Below are positions 49,209-59,293 of a stretch of DNA of 64,000 bases, piece after piece. The notes beneath the pieces were generated by a model that saw nothing but the letters and a program-made list of their open reading frames with translations, ran no database searches and was not told where the DNA came from. How positions within the stretch are numbered: the first letter of the stretch is position 1; every line of letters begins with the position of its first letter. The DNA lies in NCBI GenBank assembly GCA_039809245.1, contig JBDHUP010000002.1, positions 75,188 through 139,187 on the forward strand, read 5' to 3'. This DNA is from Minisyncoccia bacterium (GTDB lineage: Bacteria; Patescibacteriota; Minisyncoccia; Phycocordibacterales; UBA9973). A program made the position numbers and the translations under genes.

Positions 49209-50906
49209 ATGGAAACAAAAAACTGTCAGAACTGTAAGAAAGATTTTAATATAGATGAGCGAGATCAACTTTACTATAAGAAGATCAATGTCCCCCATCC
49301 GACTTGGTGCCCGGAGTGTCGGCTTGTTCGACGTTTTTCATCACAGAATACTTGGAATTTAAGTTGGCGTAACTGTGCTAAATGTGGCGATAAGACTCTT
49401 TCAGTTTATTCGCCCGAACAAGAAATAAATGTCTATTGTCAGCCGTGTTGGTGGAAAGATGATTGGGATGGAACAGAATACGGAATGGACTATGATCCGA
49501 ACAGGCCGTTTTTAGAGCAGCTAGAAGAGCTTTCTAATAAAACTCCATATTCTGCGCTAACAAGCCTATACACTAGTAATAAGAATTGTAATTACGCCAA
49601 CGCCCTTGCTTGGTCAAAAGACTGTTATTTAGTATTTTGGGCTGATTTTTGTGACAGCGTACTCTATTCTTCATTGCTTAATACAGTTAAAAATAGTGCT
49701 GATTGCTTGCGAGCGTTAGACTCTGAATTATGTTACGAATCAATCGGGATAAATAAGTGTTATCAAACTTTCTTTTCAGAAGAATGTGAAGCTTGTGTTG
49801 ATGTTTGGTTTTCTCGTAATTGCTACAACTGTACAAATTGTATTGGTTGTGCAAATTTACGAGGTGAATCGTACTGTATTTTCAATGAGAAATATTCAAA
49901 AGAAGATTATGCCGAGAAAGTTAAAGAACTCGGCTTAGACTCTTGGGATAAACTACAAGATTTACAAAAGAAATCTCGAGCATTTTGGCTTACAAAACCA
50001 TACCGCTCATATACTGGGAACTCACTCAACTTAAATGTAACTGGTGAGTACACTTACGAATCAAAAAATTCAGAAGATATGTATATATGTACTGGGGCAG
50101 AAGATTGTAGAAGATGTCAGTTTATAACAGTAAAGCCAGCCAAAGACTGCTTAGATTATTCTGGTTGGGGCAACAACGCTACTAACATCTATGAATCTGT
50201 AACTGTTGGCGAGAATTCAGATTCTTGTTCATTCTGTCTTGAATGTTGGCCTGACGTGTTTAATCTACAGTATTGTATTTTTAGCATTGCAGGTAAAAAT
50301 AATTTTGGGTGTGTGAATTTAAAAAGAAAATCATATTGTATTTTAAATAAAGAATATTCGAAAGAAGAATTTGAAGAATTGAAAGCAAAAATTATAGAAG
50401 ATATGAAGAAAAATCCATACACAGATAAACTTGGACGCAAATTCTATTATGGAGAGTTTTTCCCTCCAGAGTTGAGTAAATTTGCTTACAATAAATCTAA
50501 CGCTTCTAAATTTTTTCCGAAAGAAAAAGGAGAAGTCTTATCTGAAGGTTACATATGGAGTGATATTGAAAATCCAACAACGGAAGCCACAATAAAATCT
50601 TCTGATCTGCCACTGACTATAAATATTACAGACGAATCAATATTAAAAGAAGTCATTGCGTGTTCTGACTGTTCTAGGGCTTACAAGATAAATAATGATG
50701 AATTGAATTTACTGCGTAAATTCAACATTCCTCTCCCGCATGAATGTCCTAAATGTAGAGAAAATAAACGTTTCGGTAGATGTAATCCAATACATCTTTG
50801 GGAAAGGAATTGTGCAAAATGTAATGAACCTGTTTCTACTGCATTTGCTCCAGATCGACCAGAAGTTATCTATTGTGAGAAATGTTATCAGCAAGAATTT
50901 GTGTAA
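49209..50906 (+). CDS. Cysteine-rich multi-zinc-ribbon protein, paralog B (565 aa)
   Basis: NCQNCKKDFNIDERDQLYY...CPEC, CWWKDDWD, C-terminal CSDCS...CPKC...CAKC...CEKCYQQE. Colinear with paralog A. Confidence 0.6.
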   Translation: METKNCQNCKKDFNIDERDQLYYKKINVPHPTWCPECRLVRRFSSQNTWNLSWRNCAKCGDKTLSVYSPEQEINVYCQPCWWKDDWDGTEYGMDYDPNRPFLEQLEELSNKTPYSALTSLYTSNKNCNYANALAWSKDCYLVFWADFCDSVLYSSLLNTVKNSADCLRALDSELCYESIGINKCYQTFFSEECEACVDVWFSRNCYNCTNCIGCANLRGESYCIFNEKYSKEDYAEKVKELGLDSWDKLQDLQKKSRAFWLTKPYRSYTGNSLNLNVTGEYTYESKNSEDMYICTGAEDCRRCQFITVKPAKDCLDYSGWGNNATNIYESVTVGENSDSCSFCLECWPDVFNLQYCIFSIAGKNNFGCVNLKRKSYCILNKEYSKEEFEELKAKIIEDMKKNPYTDKLGRKFYYGEFFPPELSKFAYNKSNASKFFPKEKGEVLSEGYIWSDIENPTTEATIKSSDLPLTINITDESILKEVIACSDCSRAYKINNDELNLLRKFNIPLPHECPKCRENKRFGRCNPIHLWERNCAKCNEPVSTAFAPDRPEVIYCEKCYQQEFV

Positions 50907-51164
50907 AATAGTCATATTTTACAATGTTATTTTTTTGTGTTAGGATATAAATAATTCACTAACCAAAAACCAACCTATATGAAGAAAGTATTCCGAAGCA
51001 CTGTAAGTTTTTTTAGTTATGTTCTTATGTTCAAATGGTGGCCTAAAGGCAATACCGAAAATTTAGAAGATATACAAGCCCCGCAGGTTTCCGAAGGACT
51101 CTGGTCTGATATGTGAGATCTTCGCTAAAGAATTATAATTCCACAATTTATTGCTGGAATTTTT

Positions 51165-51653
51165 TTATTCTTTAGGTGGTTGGTCCATTCCGGCCCAGAG
51201 GTTCATGGTGCCAATGTTCTCTGTCCCAGATTGCTTCATATATAGGAAGAGTTGCATTTTGTATGCAGCAGCGATCTTTAGAAGTCCTAGTAAGTGCAGT
51301 GCCTTACTTTGATTCATTCCCCACATATTTATCTCAGCTTTTAAATCTTCTTCACTAAGTGGAGATATAAAGTCATAGAACTTTTTCCATTCATCATCCA
51401 TCATACTTCCGAAGTTCTCAATGGTTGGAACTGGTCCTCCGAAGTACTTCTTATATGCCTCACCATCCCCTGTGACTATACCATCTGCTCCTGCAATAAA
51501 TATAGAAGTTAAGTATTGTAGAAGCTCTTCAGTTGTTCTCTGCTTATCAGTTGGCTTGTGTGAGAGTTGTTCTGGTTTTATCTTCTCAGCTAAGTGCTTT
51601 ATTATAGCAAATTCTTTTTCTAATGATGTTAAGTATTGTTCTTTTGTGATCAT
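51165..51653 (-). CDS. Hypothetical protein
   Basis: ORF track only. Confidence 0.3.
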   Translation of the reverse strand: MITKEQYLTSLEKEFAIIKHLAEKIKPEQLSHKPTDKQRTTEELLQYLTSIFIAGADGIVTGDGEAYKKYFGGPVPTIENFGSMMDDEWKKFYDFISPLSEEDLKAEINMWGMNQSKALHLLGLLKIAAAYKMQLFLYMKQSGTENIGTMNLWAGMDQPPKE

Positions 51654-52129
51654 TTTGTATAAACCTTAATTTTAATATGCTAATTATAGCATAATGACTT
51701 TTACTATGTTTGTGCTATTATGCGCTCAAATGGAACTTAAAATAATAGGCGGAGTAATGATAATTATTGCTCTTATTATCGTATTATTATTACTGAACCT
51801 CAAAAAAGAGAAACACAAGGATTAATTGAGCTTACCAATTAATCCTTTTTGATTGACTATTTAATCAAAAAAGACTACTGTGGGTCTAACCGTTGGAATT
51901 GATATTTTAAAAAATTTAAATCTCCTAGACATGACAGATGCAGAAAAAACAAAAAATTTTCACGATGCTATGAAAGTTCTGTTAGTTGTAGCAATATTTA
52001 TATTTTTTACATACCTAACAAGAGATAAAAGAAAACCTTAAAATATCACTGATTAAACCCTTTGGTATTTTTTATTTTTTCTCACAAGTATTTTTCTACT
52101 GAAAAATCTCGCGAGCCCTCCTCGCCTCG

Positions 52130-53671
52130 TCAGGCTCCGGCCTTGCGATCGGGTCCCTTGCCCGATCTCACCCCGTGTTTAGCGTGAACCTTCTCTACTT
52201 CTTCTTCCTCTAGTTTATCTTTTAAATCTTTAGCTTTTTGTCCTAATTCTTTTAGTTCATTATCACTTAGTTTATCTAGCTCTAATGATTTTTCCTTTAA
52301 ATATTCAACTGTATTCTTCTTTGGATCGTCTAAGACTTCTTCTAAAAGAGCGTGTAAAATCCATCCCATTCGGCGTGAGGGAGCCATCCCGAGCTCTTTT
52401 ATAAGCACTTCCCCGTCAATCGCAAGCGCTGATACTGAAAGTGGATCACGCAGAACTTCGTCAATCATAGCGTGGTATTTACGCAGACGATATGGAGCTT
52501 CAGCTTTCTTCATTCCTACCCTATCGCATTCGCGGATTTCCATTAGATGCCATATATTTTCTTTACCTACTTTCTGCACAATGCGACGAACTGCCGAGAG
52601 TGTAATCTGTTCTGTATCAGAGAAGAACATATGGTTACGCACAAGAGAGACTACTAGGTCTGTAGTTTTCTTCGGATATTTTAATCGCTCCATTATTGTT
52701 TTTGCCATACGTGCACCAATGACTTCATGGCCGTAAAATGTGTACGCTTTCTTTGTGCCCGGCCTACGGCTCTTTGGTTTTCCTATATCATGGAAGAGTG
52801 CAGCAAGACGAATTTCGGTATTATAGCCTTTATTTGCAGCGTGATTTAGCGCTCCAAGTAAATGCTCAAATACATCATATATATGTGCTCCTCCTTGCTC
52901 GCAACCAATTCCCTCTTCTAACTCTGGAATAATAAATTTTAATAATCCTAATTTTTCAAGTAAACCAATTCCTTGTGAAGGATTTTTGCTTTCAATAATT
53001 TTTGTAAATTCATCGCGAATTCTTTCCATCGAAATATTTTTTAAAAGATTCGAGTTATCCACAATCGCTTTCATGGTGTCATAAGAAATAGCGAAATCTA
53101 GTTGTGTTGAAAATCTAACTGCACGAAGCATGCGAAGTGCATCTTCGTTGAATCTGTCATTAGCCTCCCCTACTGCTCTTATAACTTTGTCCTTTATATC
53201 TTCTTGTCCTTTATAAAGGTCAATTAGTTGTCCTTTATGTGGGTTATAGGCTAGAGCATTAATTGTGAAGTCACGTCTTTTAAGGTCATCCTCTATGTTT
53301 TTACTGAATTTTACTTCATCTGGATGCCTAAAATCACTATATTTTGCCTCAATTCTGTATGGTGTAACCTCTATAATGTTATATTCTGGTGTTTCACGTG
53401 CAACATCTCCCCCATTTGTTACATGTGTAACGTTCGGAATGCAGACACCCACAGTGCCGAAAGTGTTCTCATATACAGTCTTTTCAAATAAAGGCATTAT
53501 TTCTTCTGGTATGGCGTTAGTTGTGATATCCCAATCTTTAGGGGTTTTATTTAAAATAAGATCACGAACGCATCCACCAACAAGAAAGGCCTCAAAACCT
53601 GCTTTTTCGAGTGTAGTTGTTACATGTGTAACATAGTCTGGTATTAAGTTTTTATCTATTGTGAGTTTCAT
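52130..53671 (-). CDS. cca: CCA-adding tRNA nucleotidyltransferase (PolyA-pol head + HD domain). Start trimmed to the ATG at 53669-53671 so it does not overlap the tRNA
   Basis: GGCVRDLILNKTPKDWDITT, RRDFTINA. HD region LFHDIGK. Confidence 0.8.
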   Translation of the reverse strand: MKLTIDKNLIPDYVTHVTTTLEKAGFEAFLVGGCVRDLILNKTPKDWDITTNAIPEEIMPLFEKTVYENTFGTVGVCIPNVTHVTNGGDVARETPEYNIIEVTPYRIEAKYSDFRHPDEVKFSKNIEDDLKRRDFTINALAYNPHKGQLIDLYKGQEDIKDKVIRAVGEANDRFNEDALRMLRAVRFSTQLDFAISYDTMKAIVDNSNLLKNISMERIRDEFTKIIESKNPSQGIGLLEKLGLLKFIIPELEEGIGCEQGGAHIYDVFEHLLGALNHAANKGYNTEIRLAALFHDIGKPKSRRPGTKKAYTFYGHEVIGARMAKTIMERLKYPKKTTDLVVSLVRNHMFFSDTEQITLSAVRRIVQKVGKENIWHLMEIRECDRVGMKKAEAPYRLRKYHAMIDEVLRDPLSVSALAIDGEVLIKELGMAPSRRMGWILHALLEEVLDDPKKNTVEYLKEKSLELDKLSDNELKELGQKAKDLKDKLEEEEVEKVHAKHGVRSGKGPDRKAGA

Positions 53672-53694
53672 ATGAAACTTTTTTACTGCTATTG

Positions 53695-53769
53695 TGGTGC
53701 GCCCGGCAGGAATCGAACCCACATCCACGGTTCCGAAGACCGGTACTCTATCCGTTGAGCTACGGGCGC
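53695..53769 (-). tRNA. tRNA-Arg (anticodon UCG), CCA encoded
   Basis: GCGCCCG acceptor stem pairs with CGGGCGC. Anticodon loop CTTCGGA. GGTTCGATTCC T-arm. 3' ACCA. Confidence 0.7.
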
Positions 53770-53904
53770 ATAAAACTATATTTTACAGCACGTTAATTGT
53801 ATACTAAAACAGTATTTTAGTAAATATCTTTATAAAATAAGGCTAATTTACTAATTGCAATTATTCTTTTAAATGGTTATAATCTATGAGTTATTTTGGT
53901 ATTT

Positions 53905-53975
53905 GCGGGATTGGTTTAGTGGTAGAACACGTCCTTGCCAAGGATGAGACAGGAGTTCGATTCTCCTATCCCGCA
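53905..53975 (+). tRNA. tRNA-Gly (anticodon GCC), no encoded CCA
   Basis: GCGGGAT/ATCCCGC acceptor stem. Anticodon loop TTGCCAA. GAGTTCGATTCTC T-arm. Confidence 0.75.
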
Positions 53976-54246
53976 CAACTTTGTACTTAATGATGTCTAT
54001 TGCTATGACTTTTATTAGTCTTTTATACACACCAAAAAGCCTTTAAAATTAGTATTTTTGTGGATAAGTATGTGTGTATTGTTCATAAAAGACAAAAATG
54101 ATTTTTCTGGAAATTTATAACTATTAGAGTAAAAGTGTTACAAATAAAGGTTGTTTTCAGAAAGACATCAAAATAAGTTAATTTTTTGTCCGATAAGATA
54201 TGAACGTTTCACGTGAAACATTATTAGTAAGTTACACATGTAACAT

Positions 54247-54651
54247 ATGAAGAAATTCACTTCAAATTCGCAAAAAATAGGCCAATTAGGGGAAGATATT
54301 GCTTGTAAGTTTCTCATGAAACATGATTTTGAAATATTAGAAAGAAATTACACGAAGAAATGGGGAGAGATAGATATTATTAGTCAAAAAGAAGGGAAGT
54401 TCTATTTTATAGAAGTTAAATCTGTTTCTTGCGAAACACTACCTGATTTTAAAAATGAGAACCCTTTTGTAAAACGACCAGAAGAGAATATGCACCCCTG
54501 GAAAATGAAAAGACTTTCTCGCACTATCCAAACTTATCTAATTTACAAAAGAATAGGGAACACACCATGGCAATTTGATCTACTCCTTGTTTATATAGAC
54601 TTGAAGAACCGAACAGCTCGTGTGCGCACTATAGATAATGTTATTTTATAA
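54247..54651 (+). CDS. yraN: YraN/UPF0102-family endonuclease
   Basis: GQLGEDIACKFLMKHDFEILERNY...GEIDII...FIEVK. Confidence 0.7.
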   Translation: MKKFTSNSQKIGQLGEDIACKFLMKHDFEILERNYTKKWGEIDIISQKEGKFYFIEVKSVSCETLPDFKNENPFVKRPEENMHPWKMKRLSRTIQTYLIYKRIGNTPWQFDLLLVYIDLKNRTARVRTIDNVIL

Positions 54652-54698
54652 TTGTATTTTATAGAAAATATGCTAATATAAAATGATTGTTCGGTTTT

Positions 54699-54769
54699 CG
54701 GGGTGTAGTACACCGGTAGTATACGCGGTTTGGGACCGTGAGAACAGGGTTCAATTCCCTGCACCCCGA
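54699..54769 (+). tRNA. tRNA-Pro (anticodon UGG)
   Basis: CGGGGTG/CACCCCG acceptor stem. Anticodon loop TTTGGGA. GGTTCAATTCC T-arm. Confidence 0.7.
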
Positions 54770-54906
54770 CAATAGAAAAACCTTTAGGTTTTTCTTGAAG
54801 GGGTGAGCAAGCAAACTGCTTTGCTTGCGTCAGGGAATTGAAAGATTTTTCTATGCTGTAAGCGAGAAAAATACCTGGCTATGTAATAGCCAATTCCCAA
54901 AGTATT

Positions 54907-54977
54907 GCGGGATTAGTTTAGTGGTAGAACTGCAGTTTTCCAAACTGCTGGCAAGAGTTCGATTCTCTTATCCCGCA
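54907..54977 (+). tRNA. tRNA-Gly (anticodon UCC)
   Basis: GCGGGAT/ATCCCGC acceptor stem. Anticodon stem GCAGT/ACTGC with loop TTTCCAA. Confidence 0.75.
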
Positions 54978-54978
54978 C

Positions 54979-55701
54979 ATGCAATTTGTATTTATCTTTC
55001 TTACTTTTGTATCTACTTTTTTAGGTGGACTCTTTGGTTTGAAGTACCGAGATAAAATGCATTTAATACTCGGACTTACTGCAGGAATAATTCTTGGAGT
55101 AATTGCATTTGATATTTTTCCAGAGATTATAAATATAACTGGAGCTCTTGGAGTAAGCTCTACTTATCCGATGATTGCACTTGTTGCAGGATTTATGATT
55201 TTCCATATCGCGGAGAAATTACTTTTAGTCCATCATTCACACGAAGATCATTATGGACCACATACTCATCCTACAGTAGGGAAGTTCCAGGCCTTAGCAC
55301 TCGCAGGACACTCATTCTTAGATGGTATGGCTATAGGGCTTGGTTTCCAAATATCTGGAGCTACAGGCGCTCTTATAGCACTTGCTGTTATATCACACGA
55401 CTTTGCTGATGGATTAAACACAGTATCACTGATGATTCGTCATAAAAACACAGATAAGAAGGCTATGCAGTTCCTTTTCATAGATGCACTTGCTCCAGTG
55501 CTTGGAGGTTTATCTACTCTTTTATTTACACTATCTGAAAAAAGTTTACTCATGTATCTTGGATTTTTTGCAGGATTTCTTTTATATATAGGCGTATCTG
55601 ACATATTACCTGAAGCGCATAGTAAAAATTCATCGCTGAAAACTGTCGGGATGACAATGATTGGAATTATATTTATTTTTCTTATTACAAGAATACTTTA
55701 A
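54979..55701 (+). CDS. zupT: ZIP-family zinc/iron permease (ZupT-like)
   Basis: HHSHEDHYGPHTH, HSFLDGMAIG, HDFADG motifs, 8 TM. The true start may be slightly downstream. Confidence 0.7.
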   Translation: MQFVFIFLTFVSTFLGGLFGLKYRDKMHLILGLTAGIILGVIAFDIFPEIINITGALGVSSTYPMIALVAGFMIFHIAEKLLLVHHSHEDHYGPHTHPTVGKFQALALAGHSFLDGMAIGLGFQISGATGALIALAVISHDFADGLNTVSLMIRHKNTDKKAMQFLFIDALAPVLGGLSTLLFTLSEKSLLMYLGFFAGFLLYIGVSDILPEAHSKNSSLKTVGMTMIGIIFIFLITRIL

Positions 55702-55723
55702 TAGATCAGTTATAATTTGAAAT

Positions 55724-55760
55724 AAAAAAACCACTCGTAGATAGAATAGAGTGGTTTTTT
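55724..55760. terminator. Bidirectional terminator (zupT / hup)
   Basis: aaaaaaaccactcgtagatagaatagagtggtttttt. Confidence 0.65.
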
Positions 55761-55777
55761 AATCTGTATATATAAAA

Positions 55778-56050
55778 TTATTTTACAGCGTCCTTGAGAG
55801 CTTTCGCTGCTCTGAACTTTGGAACTTTTGTTGCAGCAACCTTTACTTGTTCTCCAGTCTTAGGGTTGCGAGCCATACGAGCTGCGCGCTGCTTGACTGA
55901 GAAGATTCCAATTCCTGCGATTGATACTTCGTCGCCTTTTTTCAAAGTACTAACGATAGCATCGAACATACCGTTCACAACTTCCTCAGCTTGTACTTTT
56001 GTACCGCCGATTTTTCCGTGAACCAATTCTACTAATGCTTGTTTATTCAT
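55778..56050 (-). CDS. hup: DNA-binding protein HU
   Basis: Characteristic 90-aa HU sequence GIGIFSV...RNPKTGE. Confidence 0.9.
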   Translation of the reverse strand: MNKQALVELVHGKIGGTKVQAEEVVNGMFDAIVSTLKKGDEVSIAGIGIFSVKQRAARMARNPKTGEQVKVAATKVPKFRAAKALKDAVK

Positions 56051-56308
56051 TTATTTTTTACTTCCTTACATCTTTCTTTCAAAAAATATAAGAATGCTAT
56101 CTAAATAATATTCGACCGTTTGCAAACGTGTCCTTATAAACAGGATAATCTCATTATATACCAAGGGTATTTTAGTGCAAGTATTAATAGGCAATTGACA
56201 CATACTAATAAATAATGTTTAAGTTTTAACTCAAATAAATTAAAATCACACAGTTCTTAATATTGGTAAGCAAAGTAGCTAAGTTTATATGTTATAATCA
56301 AGTAATAT

Positions 56309-56701
56309 ATGGCAAATATTACAAGGACTTTCTTACGATCAGATAAAATGATGACAAAATACATAGAAGTTATGAGGGAAAGAGAGGCTAAAGGCATAAA
56401 ATATAATCCATTTTTATCTGAAGATGAATTAATTATTAAAGAATTTAAACATTGGGTAATACTAGAGAACGAGTTTCCATATGACGCTATAGCTGCTGTG
56501 AGTCATATGCTTGCTACGAAAAGGGATATCCCACTTGACTGGAAGTCTCTAAATACAGAGGAGATGGAGGAGTTTAATGAAATACAAGATACATATTTAA
56601 GTGAGCATTATGATGCTCTTTGGGAGAATTTGCCTAAAGGACAGACGATTCCCAGGCATTTCCACCTTCATTTATTAGTATTAAAGAGGGAAGAGGTATA
56701 A
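56309..56701 (+). CDS. Hypothetical protein with C-terminal histidine-triad-like motif (HFHLHLL). Possible HIT-family hydrolase
   Basis: H-phi-H-phi-H-phi-phi near the C-terminus. 130 aa. Confidence 0.35.
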   Translation: MANITRTFLRSDKMMTKYIEVMREREAKGIKYNPFLSEDELIIKEFKHWVILENEFPYDAIAAVSHMLATKRDIPLDWKSLNTEEMEEFNEIQDTYLSEHYDALWENLPKGQTIPRHFHLHLLVLKREEV

Positions 56702-56702
56702 T

Positions 56703-56726
56703 AAAACCCCTCAGTTGAGGGGTTTT
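56703..56726. terminator. Bidirectional terminator
   Basis: aaaacccctcagttgaggggtttt. Confidence 0.65.
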
Positions 56727-56730
56727 ATTA

Positions 56731-58257
56731 TTATCTAGCGTATTCGACTATCCTATTCTCTCGGATCATAGTGACTTTAATTTCACCTGGGTATTTGAGT
56801 TCTTGTTCGATTTTCTTGGCGATTTCACGAGCCATGTTCTTGGCTTCGACATCGCTTACTTTCTCTGGAGTTACGAATATTCTGATTTCACGTCCAGCGG
56901 CAAGTGCGTATGATTTCTCTACACCATCAAATGTTTTTGTGATAGCTTCAAGGTCTTGTAAGCGTTTGATGTAGTTCTCAACACTATCACGGCGAGCACC
57001 AGGGCGACCTCCTGAGATATGGTCGGCAGTTTGTACGATAACGGCTTCGATAGTCTCATGAGGGCAGTCGTCGTGGTGAGACTTCATCGCTGTTATGATG
57101 CGTGGGTCTGCTCCGAACTTCTGTAAGATACGAATACCGATATCGATATGTGTACCTTGGACTTCATGATCAAGAGCTTTACCGATATCGTGTACGAGTG
57201 CTCCTGCTTTGGCGATTTGGATATCTGCTCCTAGTTCTTCAGCAAGCATTCCGGCAATGTGCGCCATTTCTATAGAGTGCTGGAGAACGTTCTGTCCATA
57301 ACTTGTACGGAAATATAAGCGACCAACGATAGCGACTATGCGTGGATCGAGATTGAATATTCCACATTCATAAACTGCTTGATCACCTTTATCTTTAATG
57401 ATCTTATTTATATCTTCTTGAGCTTTGGCTACTACTTCCTCAATCTTGGCAGGCTGGATGCGTCCATCAAGTATTAAATTCTCAAGAGCAAGTCTTGCCA
57501 CTTGTCTTCGAACTGGATCAAATGAAGATATAACAATTGCTCCTGGAGTCTCATCGATTATAAGTTCAACTCCTGAAGCTCGTTCAAATGCTCTGATATT
57601 ACGGCCTTCTTTACCGATAATCTTGCCTTTGATTTCATCATTAGGAATATTTACCGATGTTGTCATCATTTCACTTGCAGTTGATGATGCTAGGCGATTA
57701 ATAGATGCAGCTAAGATATCTTTTGCTCTTCGATCAAGCTTCTCGGTGTTCGCAGTTTCCATTTTCTGCATTCTAACAAGGAGATCTTCTTCATACCTCT
57801 CTTCAATATTTTTGAAAAGAGTTTCTTTTGCATCATCGACAGATAAGTGAGATATCTTTTCGAGCTCTTTTTCTTTCTCTGCTTCCATCCCATCAACTCT
57901 CTCCTTTATCTTCTTCACTTCTTCAACTTTCAGCTTCATATTATCGACTTCGCGGTCGATTTCTACTTGGCGTGCGTCTAGAAGCTCTTCCTTTTTGATA
58001 AGGCGATGCTCTGTCTGCTTCCACTCATCTTCTTTTTTCTTTGCTTCAACCTGAGATTCATTTACTTTCTCCTCAGCCCTTTTCTTTGCTTCGTCGAGCA
58101 CTCGCTGTGCCTCTTCTTTTGCGCCGAGCATTATCTGCTTGATCTCGAGTTCCATTGAACCCTTTTTACCAAGTGAGATAACAAGACGCAAATAATATCC
58201 AACACCTACACCTACTACTAGAGCAAGTGTAGAAATTATTATTGCTGTTAAACTCAT
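56731..58257 (-). CDS. rny: Ribonuclease Y
   Basis: N-terminal TM, coiled coil, KH (GKIIGKEGRNIRAFE), HD (HSIEMAHIAG...HDIGK). Confidence 0.9.
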   Translation of the reverse strand: MSLTAIIISTLALVVGVGVGYYLRLVISLGKKGSMELEIKQIMLGAKEEAQRVLDEAKKRAEEKVNESQVEAKKKEDEWKQTEHRLIKKEELLDARQVEIDREVDNMKLKVEEVKKIKERVDGMEAEKEKELEKISHLSVDDAKETLFKNIEERYEEDLLVRMQKMETANTEKLDRRAKDILAASINRLASSTASEMMTTSVNIPNDEIKGKIIGKEGRNIRAFERASGVELIIDETPGAIVISSFDPVRRQVARLALENLILDGRIQPAKIEEVVAKAQEDINKIIKDKGDQAVYECGIFNLDPRIVAIVGRLYFRTSYGQNVLQHSIEMAHIAGMLAEELGADIQIAKAGALVHDIGKALDHEVQGTHIDIGIRILQKFGADPRIITAMKSHHDDCPHETIEAVIVQTADHISGGRPGARRDSVENYIKRLQDLEAITKTFDGVEKSYALAAGREIRIFVTPEKVSDVEAKNMAREIAKKIEQELKYPGEIKVTMIRENRIVEYAR

Positions 58258-58480
58258 AAAAGTGACAGTGCCACTTTAAAAATACGCGACCTCTAAGGAC
58301 GAAGTATACCGTTGGTATGTTTATTTAAATTCAGGACTAAAATGAAACAATTTTTCATAAAATAAAATTCTGTATTACCAGGGAAACCGTATTTTAAAAG
58401 CAAACACTAAAATAACTGTTAAAATTCGATATCCTCATAATACCGTAAAAGTGTATATATGTCGAGTATATAACCTACCT

Positions 58481-59227
58481 TTAAGAAACAGGTAAGCTTA
58501 TGTAAAATATTGCCCCTTTATTTTTACCCTTTGATTTAGCATATATATCGCCATGGTGCCTGCGGACTATTTCTTTAGATATGTATAAGGCTAAGCCCAT
58601 TCCATCAGTATTCATTTTCTTTGCCGAATCACCTCTGTAGAATCTTTTGAATAAGTTCATGCGATCTTTCCAATTTAGACCTATTCCATCATCTTCGATA
58701 GCTAGAATTAGATCACCATTTTTTATTTCTGAATTTATTGTGATGTTACCACCATCTTTAGAGTACCAGATAGCGTTTTCTATTAATGCGTTTATAACGA
58801 ATGATATCTTTTTAGTGTCGACTGTAAGGAGGGGCATGTTTATCAGTGTTGGCATCGATAGCTTTATATTTTTCTCGGTTAAGTGTATTCGATGCTTTTG
58901 GACTGCGTCTTCTAACATTTCACGTATAGAGACAGCCTTTAAATCATAACTTGCTCGACTATATATATCTTTAACTCCAGCTAAGATGTCGACAATCTCT
59001 AAAAGTCTATTTGAAGCATTAGATAAACTACTAGCTATGTCTAATTGTTCTTTGCGAGAAATATCTTGAGTTAGAGTTTCACTCATCCATTTAATACGGG
59101 TAAGGGGAGTGCGGAATGTATGGTTAACAATCGAGATAAAAGATTTTTCGGTAAAGTTGCGGTGCAACTCTCTACGAATAATGTAGATTAAGATTAAAGC
59201 AATTAGTATGATTAGTGCGGTTTGCAT
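58481..59227 (-). CDS. Small sensor histidine kinase (one TM, HisKA, HATPase_c). No adjacent response regulator
   Basis: H-box NHTFRTPLT, N/G boxes IENAIWYS, DDGIGL, GMGLAL. Confidence 0.75.
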   Translation of the reverse strand: MQTALIILIALILIYIIRRELHRNFTEKSFISIVNHTFRTPLTRIKWMSETLTQDISRKEQLDIASSLSNASNRLLEIVDILAGVKDIYSRASYDLKAVSIREMLEDAVQKHRIHLTEKNIKLSMPTLINMPLLTVDTKKISFVINALIENAIWYSKDGGNITINSEIKNGDLILAIEDDGIGLNWKDRMNLFKRFYRGDSAKKMNTDGMGLALYISKEIVRRHHGDIYAKSKGKNKGAIFYISLPVS

Positions 59228-59293
59228 ATGTACTACTATATCATTTATTCTCCCAATAAAAAATCCTACAAGCTTGATTGTAGGATTTTTTAT

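Noticed and set aside
50980-51114. 44-aa ORF MKKVFRSTVSFFSYVLMFKWWPKGNTENLEDIQAPQVSEGLWSDM, and two ~35-aa hydrophobic mini-ORFs at 51700-52050
   Set aside because: No RBS or terminator support and not recognisable. Possible small membrane peptides but insufficient evidence.
53672-53728. N-terminal extension of the cca ORF (MDVGSIPAGRTTIAVKKFH...)
   Set aside because: It overlaps tRNA-Arg on the same strand. The conserved protein begins at the internal ATG at 53669-53671.
54825-55055. 76-aa ORF spanning tRNA-Gly(UCC)
   Set aside because: It overlaps a confidently recognised tRNA and the ZIP transporter start. Spurious.
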